Part shown: positions 53,120 through 64,000 of the stretch, in pieces | Position numbering within the stretch: the stretch's first letter is position 1 | Layout: the number at the start of each line of letters is the position of its first letter | Assembly: GCA_965153285.1 (NCBI GenBank) | Contig: OZ229115.1 | DNA: 64,000 nucleotides | Strand: one strand, 5' to 3' | DNA from: Podarcis tiliguerta | Taxonomy: Eukaryota | Notes under the pieces: generated by a model | What the model was told of the DNA's origin: nothing | Database searches by the model: none | Seen by the model: the letters and a program-made list of their open reading frames with translations, nothing else | Made by a program: the position numbers and the translations under genes

Positions 53120-53153
<34 letters not shown>

Positions 53154-53370
53154 TTTATACCCCACCCATCTGGTTGGGTTTTCCCAGCCACTCTGGGCGG
53201 CTCCCAACAGAGGACTAAAAACAGAATAAAACTAAAAAATTCCCTAAACAGGGCTGCCTTCAGATGTTTTCTAAAAGTCAGGTAGTTGTTTATTTCCTTG
53301 ACCTCTGATGGGAGGGCGTTCCACAGGGCGGGCGCCACTACCAAGAAGGCCCCCTGCCTGGTTCTGCTCA
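53120..53370 (-). mobile_element. 5'-truncated L2-clade LINE 3' end with (TAT)n tail
   Basis: Minus-strand translation RTRQGAFLVVAPALWNALPSEVKEINNYLTFRKHLKAALFREFF is the typical L2 ORF2 C-terminus. It is followed by a short 3'UTR, ggggtataaat and the microsatellite tail at 53120-53152. Confidence 0.88.
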
Positions 53371-53372
53371 TG

Positions 53373-53695
53373 GGCTGCATTCACATTGCAGTTTATTCTG
53401 TTCCCATGTTTTCCTAACTGTTTATTTCCACATCACATTTGAGCTTTTACACCACATAAAAGCTACTTCCAGAAATACACTAGAATATAGTGCAAGTTTA
53501 GTGCTTATTTTCATGTTATTTGCAAATGAATTTTTTTGTAAACAAACAACATAGAAATGAGTGCTAAAGTTCTGCTATATTCTGCTATATTTGTGGAAGT
53601 GGCTTTTATGTAACATGAAAGCTCAAATATAATGTGGAAATGATCAGTTAGGGAGATACTGAGAAAATGGAATAAAGTGTCATGTGACTGCAGCC
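53373..53695. mobile_element. Inner fold-back MITE (PIF/Harbinger-like ends)
   Basis: Paired segments: ggctgcattcacattgcagtttattc / gaataaagtgtcatgtgactgcagcc; ttccacatcacatttgagcttt / aaagctcaaatataatgtggaa; acataaaagctacttcca / tggaagtggcttttatgt. Confidence 0.82.
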
Positions 53696-56600
53696 GTGGT
53701 TTCTTTGGGGGAAACAAACCATAAGCACTGGTTCACATAGAAGACAAAGGCAGCCTCTGGTTTGTTTCCTCCTTGACACAACAAAGGAAGAGTGCAATAG
53801 GGACTTTTGAGCAGTATGCTCCAGCACACTGCTCATTCACATAAAGCACTTAATTTTAACTATGGTTTAACATGTACAAACCAGGTCATTATCTTTCTCT
53901 GTGTGTGGGGATTTTTCAGATTTGAGACATCATATCGGGCCTTTCTATTTTTCCAAACACATCACAGCCCAAGTTCTAACAGTGACAATTCAGATCCAAG
54001 GGTAGCAGTGAAGGCAAAGGATAACACAGGTGGGTACAGCAGACTTGGGCAGAGAAATAAATATATGGTATTGCCTAACAAAGGAGGGTTATATAAAATG
54101 GGTGGGGGGAGCAGAAGAAGCTGGGTAACAGATTTGATTCATGGTCATGGGAAATATTGTAGGTGGTACCGGTACCTCAAAAGAGGATGCAAAGTTCTCC
54201 AAGGAACAACCAAGGATTCATATTTATCTGGTACATAGCTAGAACAAACAAGTACAAAAGGCTTCCTAACACATTATTCAATGTCCTGAAAACCACAGAG
54301 AACATGAGAGACTGAGGCTTGCCCAGGCTTGTCCCAGCTTGTGTACAATGCATTAAGTAATGGTTTATAGCATGATGTGTTTTTGCAAAACATCACGAAG
54401 TTTTCCCAGGGAAAGTGGCAGGACTAAAAAAGCAAAAACAAAAACAAAAACAAACAAACAAAAACCTCTCAGAGCCCTGATTAGAAAGCATGGGACAAAT
54501 GGAAGAAATCATGGGATGAGCCCTAAGTCATGCTCATTAATTTCAATGAGTTTACTCTGAGTAAGACTTAGTTGAATACCACCCAAAGCTTGAAGCTTAT
54601 GTGACTTACCAACTATGATGGTAGTATATTTCTTCTACCGGTAAATTATTTTGCAAAAAAGGAAAACATACACATCTAACTGACCTAATTATTATAATAT
54701 TGCACACAACCCAGTACTCTGTTGGATTTTAAGTAAATGTTATTAGTGACATATGACAAGTGAAACAGAGTCAAGTCTTAAATGAGCAGCAACTGAAGTA
54801 AATTCCTAGCTTATATAGCACTTTCTTTTCTTGGGCCAAGTTCACCCTGGATCACTAAAACATAGACATTTGAGAGTACTTAATGTAAAAACTTGTGCAT
54901 TTCAAACTCTGCAAAAAAGCAGAGCTCATCACGACTGTATGCACACTTCATTATAGGAATGATTCACTCAGAGAAACTGTGAAAGGGTTTAATGGCTGGC
55001 TTCATGACTTTAAAATCAATGGTAATTTTTCCTCCTTGTGAATCAAACTGGAATTGCGCTATTAAACCATAACCTAATGGCTTTATCAGAACACCAGTAG
55101 GAAGTAACATGTATAAGCAGCTTTCAAGTTATTGACAATAAATTAAAAATATCCTGAATAGCACTAATGGAAGATTATCACAGCCACGCAGAGTTGAAGT
55201 TCTGCCAACAGTATAATGAAGATACACTCTATATTCGTAGCCAACAGACCTTTCTCAGACTCTCTCTGGGTCTTCTCACATTAAGCGCTCAATTTCGCAG
55301 TACTTACTTACAACAAAAGTTTGATCACAGGAGGACATGCAAATGTATTAGAGGACACACTCTCTTTTAATTCCACCTAAATAAGTGAATATAAGTTATT
55401 TTGGTTCCCTAGCCCCCCTAAAATCAGAATCAGGTTGTGTTCAAAGATGGGAATGAATTATAAAAAATGTGCATTTGGTGTCAGGATCTTTGGGGGTTCT
55501 GAGTCAGAGTCCCAAACTCACACAATACCATGGCCCATGAACATTTAGGCCCCGGAGCCATCTTTCTTACATATAATAAGGTAAAAGTGTTGTTGTGCTG
55601 TAGTTTGCTAGGCCACAGATAGGGAGCACTGCAAAAAAAAATTATGATGAGAGGCAGTGGATGGGAAGTCCAGGCAAGCCATAGAAGGGCAGGCAGAACA
55701 GGCTGCAGCCTTGCACCGCCCCCCTCCACTGACTCCTCTGCTTGCCAGCCTCAGGGACTTTGCCCCTAGGATCCAGATCCCCAAGCCAGCTAGCCCTGTG
55801 CTAGCTGCCTTCCTCCTCCCTGGCCAGCCTCAAAACCCACTGCTGTTTCCACCACCGTTTAGCATCAAGAGCAACACAGGGGTGAGGAAGGTGCCCAGAA
55901 GTGCCAGCTGGCCTTGAGATCCAGAGCAGTGGCATGAAGTAAAAAGGAACAAGGAAGACGCCCAGAAGTGGTAGCTGGCTGTCCTTGGAATCCATGGAAA
56001 ATGGAAGGTCTAAGCTGCCCCACCGTGGCCCTTTCATCCTCTGAAAGAAAAACAAACACGTCCAACTACTCTCCATAACAATGTCAATACTTCTCAATTT
56101 GCCTCCCTCAGTGCAGCCTCTAGGTTCTTTGTAGTCATCTTCCAGCATCTTTCGTCTGTCATGATGTGCTATCTTAACAATCGCCAGTGTTCCAGCTCCC
56201 TTAGAAAACCTTAATGCCTTTTTTGCTTTTTACCTCGATTTCTTCAAGTGTCTCTCACCACAGCTTTTTAATTACACTACTTTCCAGCTTGACTTACACA
56301 CAATGTTTTTACTTCCCTCCCAACCTCTTAGCCCATCATTAGAATTGTACTGTAGACTCCTGCTTAAAGTTTCTGGTTTTTTTCCTTAACTGTCATGTTC
56401 CAAGGCTGAACCTTTGACCGTCCTGTGCAAAACTTCCAGAACATTCCCTAGTACTTTTAACCTTCATGTGAGTTTTTGAGCCTTTAAAGCAAAAGCTATT
56501 GTTGGACAAGTTTTAACAGGAAACCCAAACTCAAAATGTTTGAAAGGCCTATTCTCAGGGGCAAATACTGATTTCCTGTTACGTTCATATCATTTGAGGA

Positions 56601-59600
56601 ATCTACCACTACATCATTATGATGTTTTTTTCAAAAGGTATGAGCAATTTTAATTGACTCAAAAGTGCCAGGTGCCCCATTGGCCTTTGTGCTTTGACAT
56701 TCTCCCTGTTCACTACTGGCAGCTGATTTACCATGCATTCCCTTTTCCTGTTAAAAGCACTACTGTGGGAAAAAAGTCCACTTTGAAGCTATTCTAATGG
56801 AAGGAGCAAGACACTAATTGCATGGACTTCAGAATTGCATTAGGCTAAATGAAACTACAGGGTTGACAAAGAGGGAATAGAATTATACTGGAGGCTTTTG
56901 GAACAAATGGTGATTCAATTAACAATGCTAACATATAAAAGCTTTCAATAGAATAGAAGGAAGATAGGAAAGGCAACTATCAGATCGCACGATATACAGA
57001 ATGAAAGGGGGGAAAGTTTAATATACAAGTATACTTTTGATACAATAATGATGAAAAAATCCTCCAACATATTCACAGAACCCTGTCCAAATCAAATAGG
57101 CAATGTCAAAATGATACAACGGCACATATCAAATGTAGTTGTTCTGTCCTTCTTAAGCATACATTTCATTTGCAAACAGCCTGATCCTGTTTTGCAAAGC
57201 CAAAACGCTTTCACCTGATCTCTTATAGCCATTGGCATGAGGCAACAGTTTCTAAACTTGATGCAGCCTTGCTTTGGCTTTTAGGGGGAAGTGTGACCAA
57301 GACCAAAAGAGGATGCCATAGGACAGAGCAGGGAACCTTTCTTTAGCACAGTGGGCTAGATCCTTATCTCACGGGCCAAATTTGACAGGTGGGTGACACC
57401 ATCTGCCAATTAAATGACATAAATATGATGTCACATGATCGACAGGTGGGCGCCTTTAAAAATCCCTTAGGCAGCTTTGCAACTCTCCTTCTACTCCCCA
57501 TTTAAACCCCTAATTCCGGATGTTAGGGTGAGCATGGGGAGCTTTGCAAAGGCTTTAAAGCAACCCCTGTGTTCCTCCTTGAGTGTCAAAAAAATAGAAG
57601 ACAGGCCTAAATGTACATTCCCAATATTGAATGTAACTTCATTGTACTCAAGGTGGTGCCAGGTGAATGTGGCTTAGGCCCCAAAGTCCTTGGCAGATAA
57701 CAGGAATCCACACCTACTTTGCAGTTGGCTGCGATTTTTATGGATTGGCCTTGCTGGCCTCCTTCTGGGCCCCACCTGTAGAGCGACATCAGTGATGAAT
57801 TGCATTTTGCATATAATAGGTTGTCAAGACAGCACCACACCCTTAGGACATTTTACATGCATACTTACTGTATTTTTAACAGGCCAGTGGAGGTTAATAT
57901 TATTTTTCCATCCAGGTATATTTGTGTAACATTAAATATCACTCACTGCACAGCAAAGTATTGTTCTAATTAACCAAAACTGAGCAAAAGAAAAAATGTA
58001 GTAAAACTGCAGCTGTGGGGCTACTTGGCTAGTGCAATTTCTACTTAGAAAAACAAGCTGCTGTCTCCTGAAGAGTGACTTTCAAAATAACCTAAAGAAA
58101 AAGGACAGTGCTTTCGTCTCACAGGTATTAATGATGGAACATGATAGTAAGCTCTGATCTATCACATCAGAAGCAGCCAGCCTGGAAGAGAAAAGGAATG
58201 AAAATACAAGAGGCACTAAAAGAAAGCAAGGGAGGTCACTAAAATAGTGTAGCTTTGGCAGTCACCTGGGATGCATCAGAGGGAAAAAGCATAGATCTTG
58301 GAAATCTTCCATTACTGTATCTTGAGATACAGAAAAAGTACTCTTTTAATGCACAAAATGCATATGGAACACACACAAACATACAACAAAAAGCAAATCT
58401 ATCAGCACTGATCCAATTTACCCAATTACGGCAAGGAGCAAGAACTGTGTTATTCCCTTGTAATTTTTTTGGTTGAGGTAGCTAGGAGTTTTGCCAAGCC
58501 AAAATAAACTAAAATATTTAGCCTAATATATGTTGCATTTTGGATTCTTATTTGTAAACCACAACACATTCTGTGTAAATCAAGGTTCATCTGAAGCACC
58601 GCTCTCAATATCCAGTTTCCTGGGGAAAACACCACCAAATTTCAGTGAGACAGCACCACTAATGAACTACGTTAGGGTTACATTTTCAACATATCCATCC
58701 TCAGCTGGGAGGCATTTCATCTGCAACACAGAAGATGATCTCACTCTCTACACACATACGTAACTATGTACAAACTGATACTGGATTGCAGAAAAAATAA
58801 AGTCCCCCAAGATCAAACAGATGGTTCTTTCTGGTTCAGTCCATTAGCAGGAAGGATGTACTCCTCCAGTTGCTGGACTGCTAAAACTGTATGCCATCTG
58901 AGCAAATATTTACAAATGCAGCAAAGAAACTGTTGCTCAAGCATTTATGTAAAAGCTATTAATCGTCATGATGGCTATACAGAATCTGCATTTTCAGGGG
59001 CACCATGCCTCAGTGTTCCAGTTTCTGGAGATCAACAGTTGGAGAAGGCTATTGCCTTCATGTCCTGCTTGTGAGCTTTCCAGTAGCATCTGGCTGAACA
59101 CCTGGGAGGCAGGATGAGAACCTCTCCACTCACACCAGTGCAACTGTGAAGGTCAGCAGTGTTACAAAAGTTAATTGTTTCTGACAGAACAACCAAGTTG
59201 TTGAGGGGCTGGAGCGGGCAGGCAGAATTTGCTTGGGGGATGGGCCACTGGTTAGTTACCCGTGGTAGATTTTAAAATATGGCATTTTTCATTTGTTTTC
59301 ACACATGTTCAGACTAGGTTAACAATTTCTTTCCACCATTTGCCTATATGCCACCATAAACCTTATCATTTTAGAGTGAAAAAAGAAACCTTGCTTAAAT
59401 TGTGTGGACATTTTGCTTACAGCTTTTGACACATTGCTTAAAGCTTTCTACAGAATGACCTTCCGATTCTTTCCACTCAGCATACATTTCAGCTATTTCT
59501 CACATGGAAACTACTTTTCTAATTACCTGCATTGACAAAAGGAGCTTTTATTATGGACAAAGGAGGAAACCTGGGATATGATTATGTTTGATTAAGCTGC

Positions 59601-60883
59601 ACTATGGCTGAAGCTGATTGTTTGACAGCTACCTAAAATTCTGAAAGCAGAGGTCAGAAATGTGAATGCATAAACTAATATCTACTAAAGTCTGACTGGT
59701 TCCATGCTGCAGCCCTATAGCACTGCCAGGCAGTACTGGAAATAGATCTAAAAGGAGATTCCACACAGTATTTAACATTGTGTTATTCCATCCAGGAATG
59801 TCTTTTATCATGGTCAATATCCATTATGTTTATTCACAGGCAAGTCCTGTTCAGCAAAGGCTCTTTTCAATGATAATTAAAAGCTTCCTGCTTGGGGTTG
59901 TAGCCATTTTATTGCTTCATATTCAGTGGTGCTGAAGGATTAGTGACTTGCCCCTTAATTTCCTCATCTGTAAGCTTCCTTTCATTTTTAAAAATAGTGA
60001 AATAGAAAACAGGAAGCTTCGGGTAAAGATGAAGTAGCCCTGAAAGATGTCAAAAGCAATTGTCTACATTAGACAGGCTGGCAATCCAATTGTGTTTTTA
60101 TTGCCACTCCCCCAACTGAAAAAACCCTTGGGAAACAGAAAAAAGTTACTGGAATACATTGACCTAATGATGTTCATTTGAATTCTTCATAAAACAGAGG
60201 GGCAACATAGAAGCAACCTATACAAGGCACTTTTGAGACACACAAATAGGATATAAGGCAATATTCTGTAAAGGTAAATTGCTACAATTCTCAGATTGTG
60301 ACTTCATTTGAAATTATGAGTATGCCACATAGCTCTGTGGATGTCTTGCAGACAAATCGACCACATTATAATATCTAAAATCTTTTTCATGAATACCCAG
60401 ACATAAAGCCAATCAGAAATTCGCATGTGCTCATGCAACAGCTGGCAGCATGGTAATGAGCAGTGCACACGCACACAAAGGAAAACATGAATGCGCAGAT
60501 AGCAACACGTAGCCTGTAGCATATTCCTTAACAATAGTGTTTATTATTAAGTCTAGATGGAAAACCATGGGTCTCTGCCCTTTTTATAGATATCTTCCAA
60601 AACCAAGCTTGTTTCATTAAAAGAAAAGTTATGCCAATATTTTTTTTCCTTTGTTTGTTTTAGCAGAACACAGTCTAAAGAACCTCATTAAGAGAGGATA
60701 CATTTCACTTTGGTACTTGTATAATAAGGGCAGAGTGCACATCGTCAGTGAAGAGATGGGTGACATTTTCTCCATGCATGGCATAATTCCTCCATCTGAA
60801 GCAGCAGCACGCAAAGGCAGAAAGGCTTGGAATGGAATGTGCCTCCAAAATGCAGCACATTGTGGGGCTGAACCCCATCTCAC

Positions 60884-61024
60884 CTGGACTTGTCTGAAAG
60901 GTTACGTTCGAGCTGATAGTATCATTCCCTTTGAGAAAAACCCGCACTATGTACTTCTCCCCAGGAGTCAGGTCAACCAGCTCCAGAAAGCCTTTAGCAG
61001 GGGAAGATTTCACTGTTTTGTTAC
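60884..61024 (-). CDS. NFASC: Neurofascin exon, second half of the fifth FNIII repeat
   Basis: tttctgtttctcag|GT AAC AAA...AGT CCA G|gtgaga; 141 nt, phase 1-1. Translates to (S)NKTVKSSPAKGFLELVDLTPGEKYIVRVFLKGNDTISSNVTFQTSP, with the FNIII L-x-P-G-x-x-Y-x-V-R-V signature. In frame with both neighbouring exons. Confidence 0.92.
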
Positions 61025-62870
61025 CTGAGAAACAGAAACTTCATATCAAAGGCAGCTAGCAGGAAATGCAGATTACTCTGTAGGCAAACATCCCTAATGC
61101 CAGGTCCAGCTACTGACTCGACACATGTCCCTGCCGATGACACCACTGACTAACACAGAGTGAACACCCAGAGTTTCTGGCACCATCAGTTCAAAGTTGA
61201 AGGGCTCGTTTACAGAAGCTCACCCCACTTGTATGTAGGAGAATTATATTTTCCAGACACCATTTAATCTAATGGAGCACCTGCTTTGGCATCGTAAGGC
61301 AGCCAGCAACCAGATGGAAGCTTATCACATTACTGGTTCAGCGATTTTGCATAAAACTAGAAGGGGGGGGGGGCAGAAAAAGAGGGAAGACTTTGTACAG
61401 CCATCTCTGGGAAATTCTTACTTGGAACAGAAAGCGACTGGCATAGGCTTTTTGCAACTCGCAAGCGCCAGATGTGCCGAATCAGTAACAACAGCAACTC
61501 TTTCTCTGGCAGCATGCTTCTGATGCATTCAAACTGCCTTTTCTGAATTAACCTCAACACATTTTGCAAAAGATGTAGAAAAAGTCACTTCTAAACTCTT
61601 ATTAAGAGCATGCACACAGATTACAACGTCAAATTATATTAAAGGTACACTGCTAAAAGCATTCAAACATAAAGTGAATAAAAAGAACCTTGTTTGCAAA
61701 CTCCAATGTAAGTACCCTATGAAATTGCAAGTATTCCAATACTTCAGGAGTTTTGGAAGTGCTTGGATGCTGTGTTAACTTAACCTTAGCAAATCATTAG
61801 GCATGGAAGTCCCTAATCGGCAATGTTACAGACGTGTATGAATCTACAAATATACTTTTGCTAGCAACGGCTAGGTTAATGAGAGCACCAGGCCTGAGAA
61901 TTGAAATCACTGGAGTCCTTTAAAGAAAATCTAAGCAGCTGGTTTTGACAAACCTAATTTATCAAAGTACTACAAAACTGGAAGCATGAGAAGCTTCCCA
62001 AAGAAAAGAAGATTCCCTTTCCCACTCTGTGACAATGCAGCAGCCAGCTGAGCGGAATACACAGGAATCCTCCAAATCATATCCACACAATGGGTCTTAC
62101 ATTGACTGCTTACTATTTAATCATGCTAGATGCAAATTCCTAAAGGGCCAGTTCTTGATTACTTAATTTAAAAATCTAAACACAATACTGTATTGATAAT
62201 TTTATGGAACCAACACCTAGAACAGGACTTGGCCCAGCAAACTAAAACCAAGGAAAGCAGGTTTAGGGCACATATATAACTTGCCCCCGAAGCTATAAGG
62301 TTGACAGTCAATGTTTAATTCTTTGACCAGCACATAACCACTTAAAAACTGCAGGTAGCATGCCAGCAGAAAATAGAGTGAGGTATGAATGGCTTGAAAA
62401 CAAAATTTATGTAGATAACTAATTATAAATCTCCAACTAAAACAAAATGTGAGCATTACTATTAACCCCCAAATTATTTGCTATAGAGGGGATCTATAGA
62501 TTTTTGTATCTATTTCTGCTTCATTCTACGGCACTTACAGCCATCTCAGATTCACTTAGGGCAGTGTTTTTTTAAAAAGCAGGTCCTTTTTAGGATGTGT
62601 TATTCTGAATCCTCCACTGAAAGGAGTCGGCAGTTATTGTGTTTAAGAGAACAGCAACATAAAACACAGTGTCAATATAATCTGAAGGACAAGTTAAATG
62701 CCATGCCTTTGGTCCCCCCCCAAAAAAAAATCATCCATGCACAAATTAAGCAGTACAATTAGTTACACTATAATGAACATTGCATGAAAGGTCCATTAAA
62801 CCTCTGAGAGATGACAGAATCTCTGGTGACATTAAGGACCCTGCAGAATTCTCGAGCTCCCAATGCTTAC

Positions 62871-62990
62871 TGTTGATATACTCAACCACAAACTCAGTTT
62901 CAGGATCAAATGTGTGGTTCCAGGTGATGTTTGCCCAGTTACTGTTAGGTGAAGCTTTTACATCCCAGATAGGCTGCTTTGCACCACCAG
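62871..62990 (-). CDS. NFASC: Neurofascin exon, first half of the fifth FNIII repeat (alternatively spliced, NF186-type)
   Basis: Minus strand reads tgttcgccag|CT GGT GGT GCA...TAT ATC AAC A|gtaagc; 120 nt, phase 1-1. Translates to [39 protein letters not shown], close to the recalled mammalian neurofascin segment ..PNSKWANITWKHNF..FVVEYID. Confidence 0.93.
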
Positions 62991-63349
62991 CTGGCGAACA
63001 GGTTAGAACAGAGGTTAGTAAACTGGATTATGAACAGAGAGATGCATTCTAACTGCATGCCCAGATTTAAATGAATTGTTTTCCTTAGAAGGAAATGCAG
63101 AGCATCCCACCAGGTAGAGCACACAACAGACTGTGGATGCTTCAACATTACCTCACATAACACAAACAAAAAACATTGCAAAGCCATTTCAATTCACACG
63201 TCACTTTAGTAATGAGAAGAACTTTTTGGGGAGTATATCTAAATATATCCTTTGAAACAGCAAGGTTTGAATAGAAATTACATATTAAAATGTACACCTG
63301 GATATATGCCCATGCTAATACTCTCTTCGGCCATAGCCATTCTCTAGTG

Positions 63350-63453
63350 CAGCCTTGAACAACCTGGTGCCCCCTAGATGTTTTGAACTATTACCAAAGG
63401 TGATGGGAGCTGTAGTCCAAAACATCTAGAGGGCACCAGGTTGGTGAAGGTTG
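63350..63453. mobile_element. Palindromic hAT-type MITE with an internal deletion
   Basis: caacctggtgccccctagatgttttgaacta / tagtccaaaacatctagagggcaccaggttg. Confidence 0.8.
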
Positions 63454-64000
63454 TCGTTGCACCAGCAAATTGAGAGGTACGACATTTTCAAAATGGCCAA
63501 GGATAGAGACATCAATCTTTCTGCCAAATTATCTTGGAAGCAGGATAATGGCCCAAGATAGACGTCATGTGTCCATACATCTATAAGAGCACAAATCACC
63601 TTAGGAATTTTAGTGCCACAAATTAATGAGCCACTTGCCTGTCAAAAGCAACACTCTACAGGGCAGGGTCAACTCAGCTGCCTAATTCTTACAGGGCACT
63701 GCAGAAGGTTACGTTCCCAGCCCTTATGCCAATTCCTGCTTTGCAGGATTATAGAAATCCCACACAGCAGCTCCTGATGGTCTACGTAACTAGACAGGCA
63801 GAGATTTGTTAATGATGATCTGCTTCAACATTGCACCAAACCAAGGTGAAATTCATTGCCAATTCTCACTGTTTTAAAATTGAGAAAATACTGGAAAGCA
63901 AAATGTTCTTGTCACTATTCTGGATAGTGGGTAACAGAATTAGCTGGTTTTAGGTCAAGTTAGTTTGTGACAACATCAGTTTAACTGGCTTCAATCCATT

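Larger units (their letters stand above)
52909..53887. mobile_element. Outer fold-back element whose arms (~52909-53095 and ~53700-53887) enclose two nested insertions
   Basis: The left arm (acatgaaaccacagttaaaat..gagcagcatgctagtacatgctgc..ggaggaagcaaatca..gcgaaccagcagttgtgatttgtttctctccaaa) matches the reverse complement of the right arm (acatgttaaaccatagttaaaat..gagcagtgtgctggagcatactgc..ggaggaaacaaacca..gtgaaccagtgcttatggtttgtttcccccaaa). Confidence 0.75.

Noticed and set aside
58701-58740. Possible acceptor tcttctgtgttgcag|AT GAA ATG CCT CCC AGC TGA, which would end neurofascin before the transmembrane exon (secreted form ..QTSPDEMPPS*)
   Set aside because: Short pyrimidine tract, several AGs just upstream, no clear branch point and no nearby canonical poly(A) signal. 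Such sites are common by chance, and RNA evidence would be needed.
59916-59936. TTCAGCACC (REST/NRSE left half-site) on the minus strand
   Set aside because: The GGACAG right half is absent (it reads ACTGAATA), so this is not a canonical RE1 element.

Overview
Vertebrate genomic DNA from a squamate reptile, probably a lacertid lizard, judged from the Sauria SINEs and MITE families. It has one 149-N assembly gap (30280-30428). The only protein-coding sequence I can support is the 3' end of neurofascin (NFASC) on the minus strand, six exons that splice in frame. These are two exons for the fifth FNIII repeat (62871-62990, 60884-61024), the transmembrane exon (52610-52741), a cytoplasmic exon (50064-50133), a 12-nt RSLE microexon (45456-45467) and the last coding exon with FIGQY and the stop (41736-41967). 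A long 3'UTR probably follows, to about 34650. A CpG island at about 21.7-22.9 kb holds a probable non-coding first exon of the next minus-strand gene, most likely CNTN2 by synteny, so 1-22188 would be its first intron. The rest is intronic or intergenic and full of SINEs, LINE fragments, hAT, mariner and fold-back MITEs, and microsatellites. Nearly all ORFs in the supplied track are spurious. I found no evidence of a wholly new gene system. The best leads concern splicing and RNA structure: the RSLE microexon, a QKI-type element sitting on the branch point of the FN5 cassette with RBFOX motifs downstream, a ~1-kb nested fold-back beside the transmembrane-exon acceptor, a degenerate Penelope-type hammerhead ribozyme, a candidate 17-nt UTR microexon, and a SINE insertion with locally templated filler DNA.
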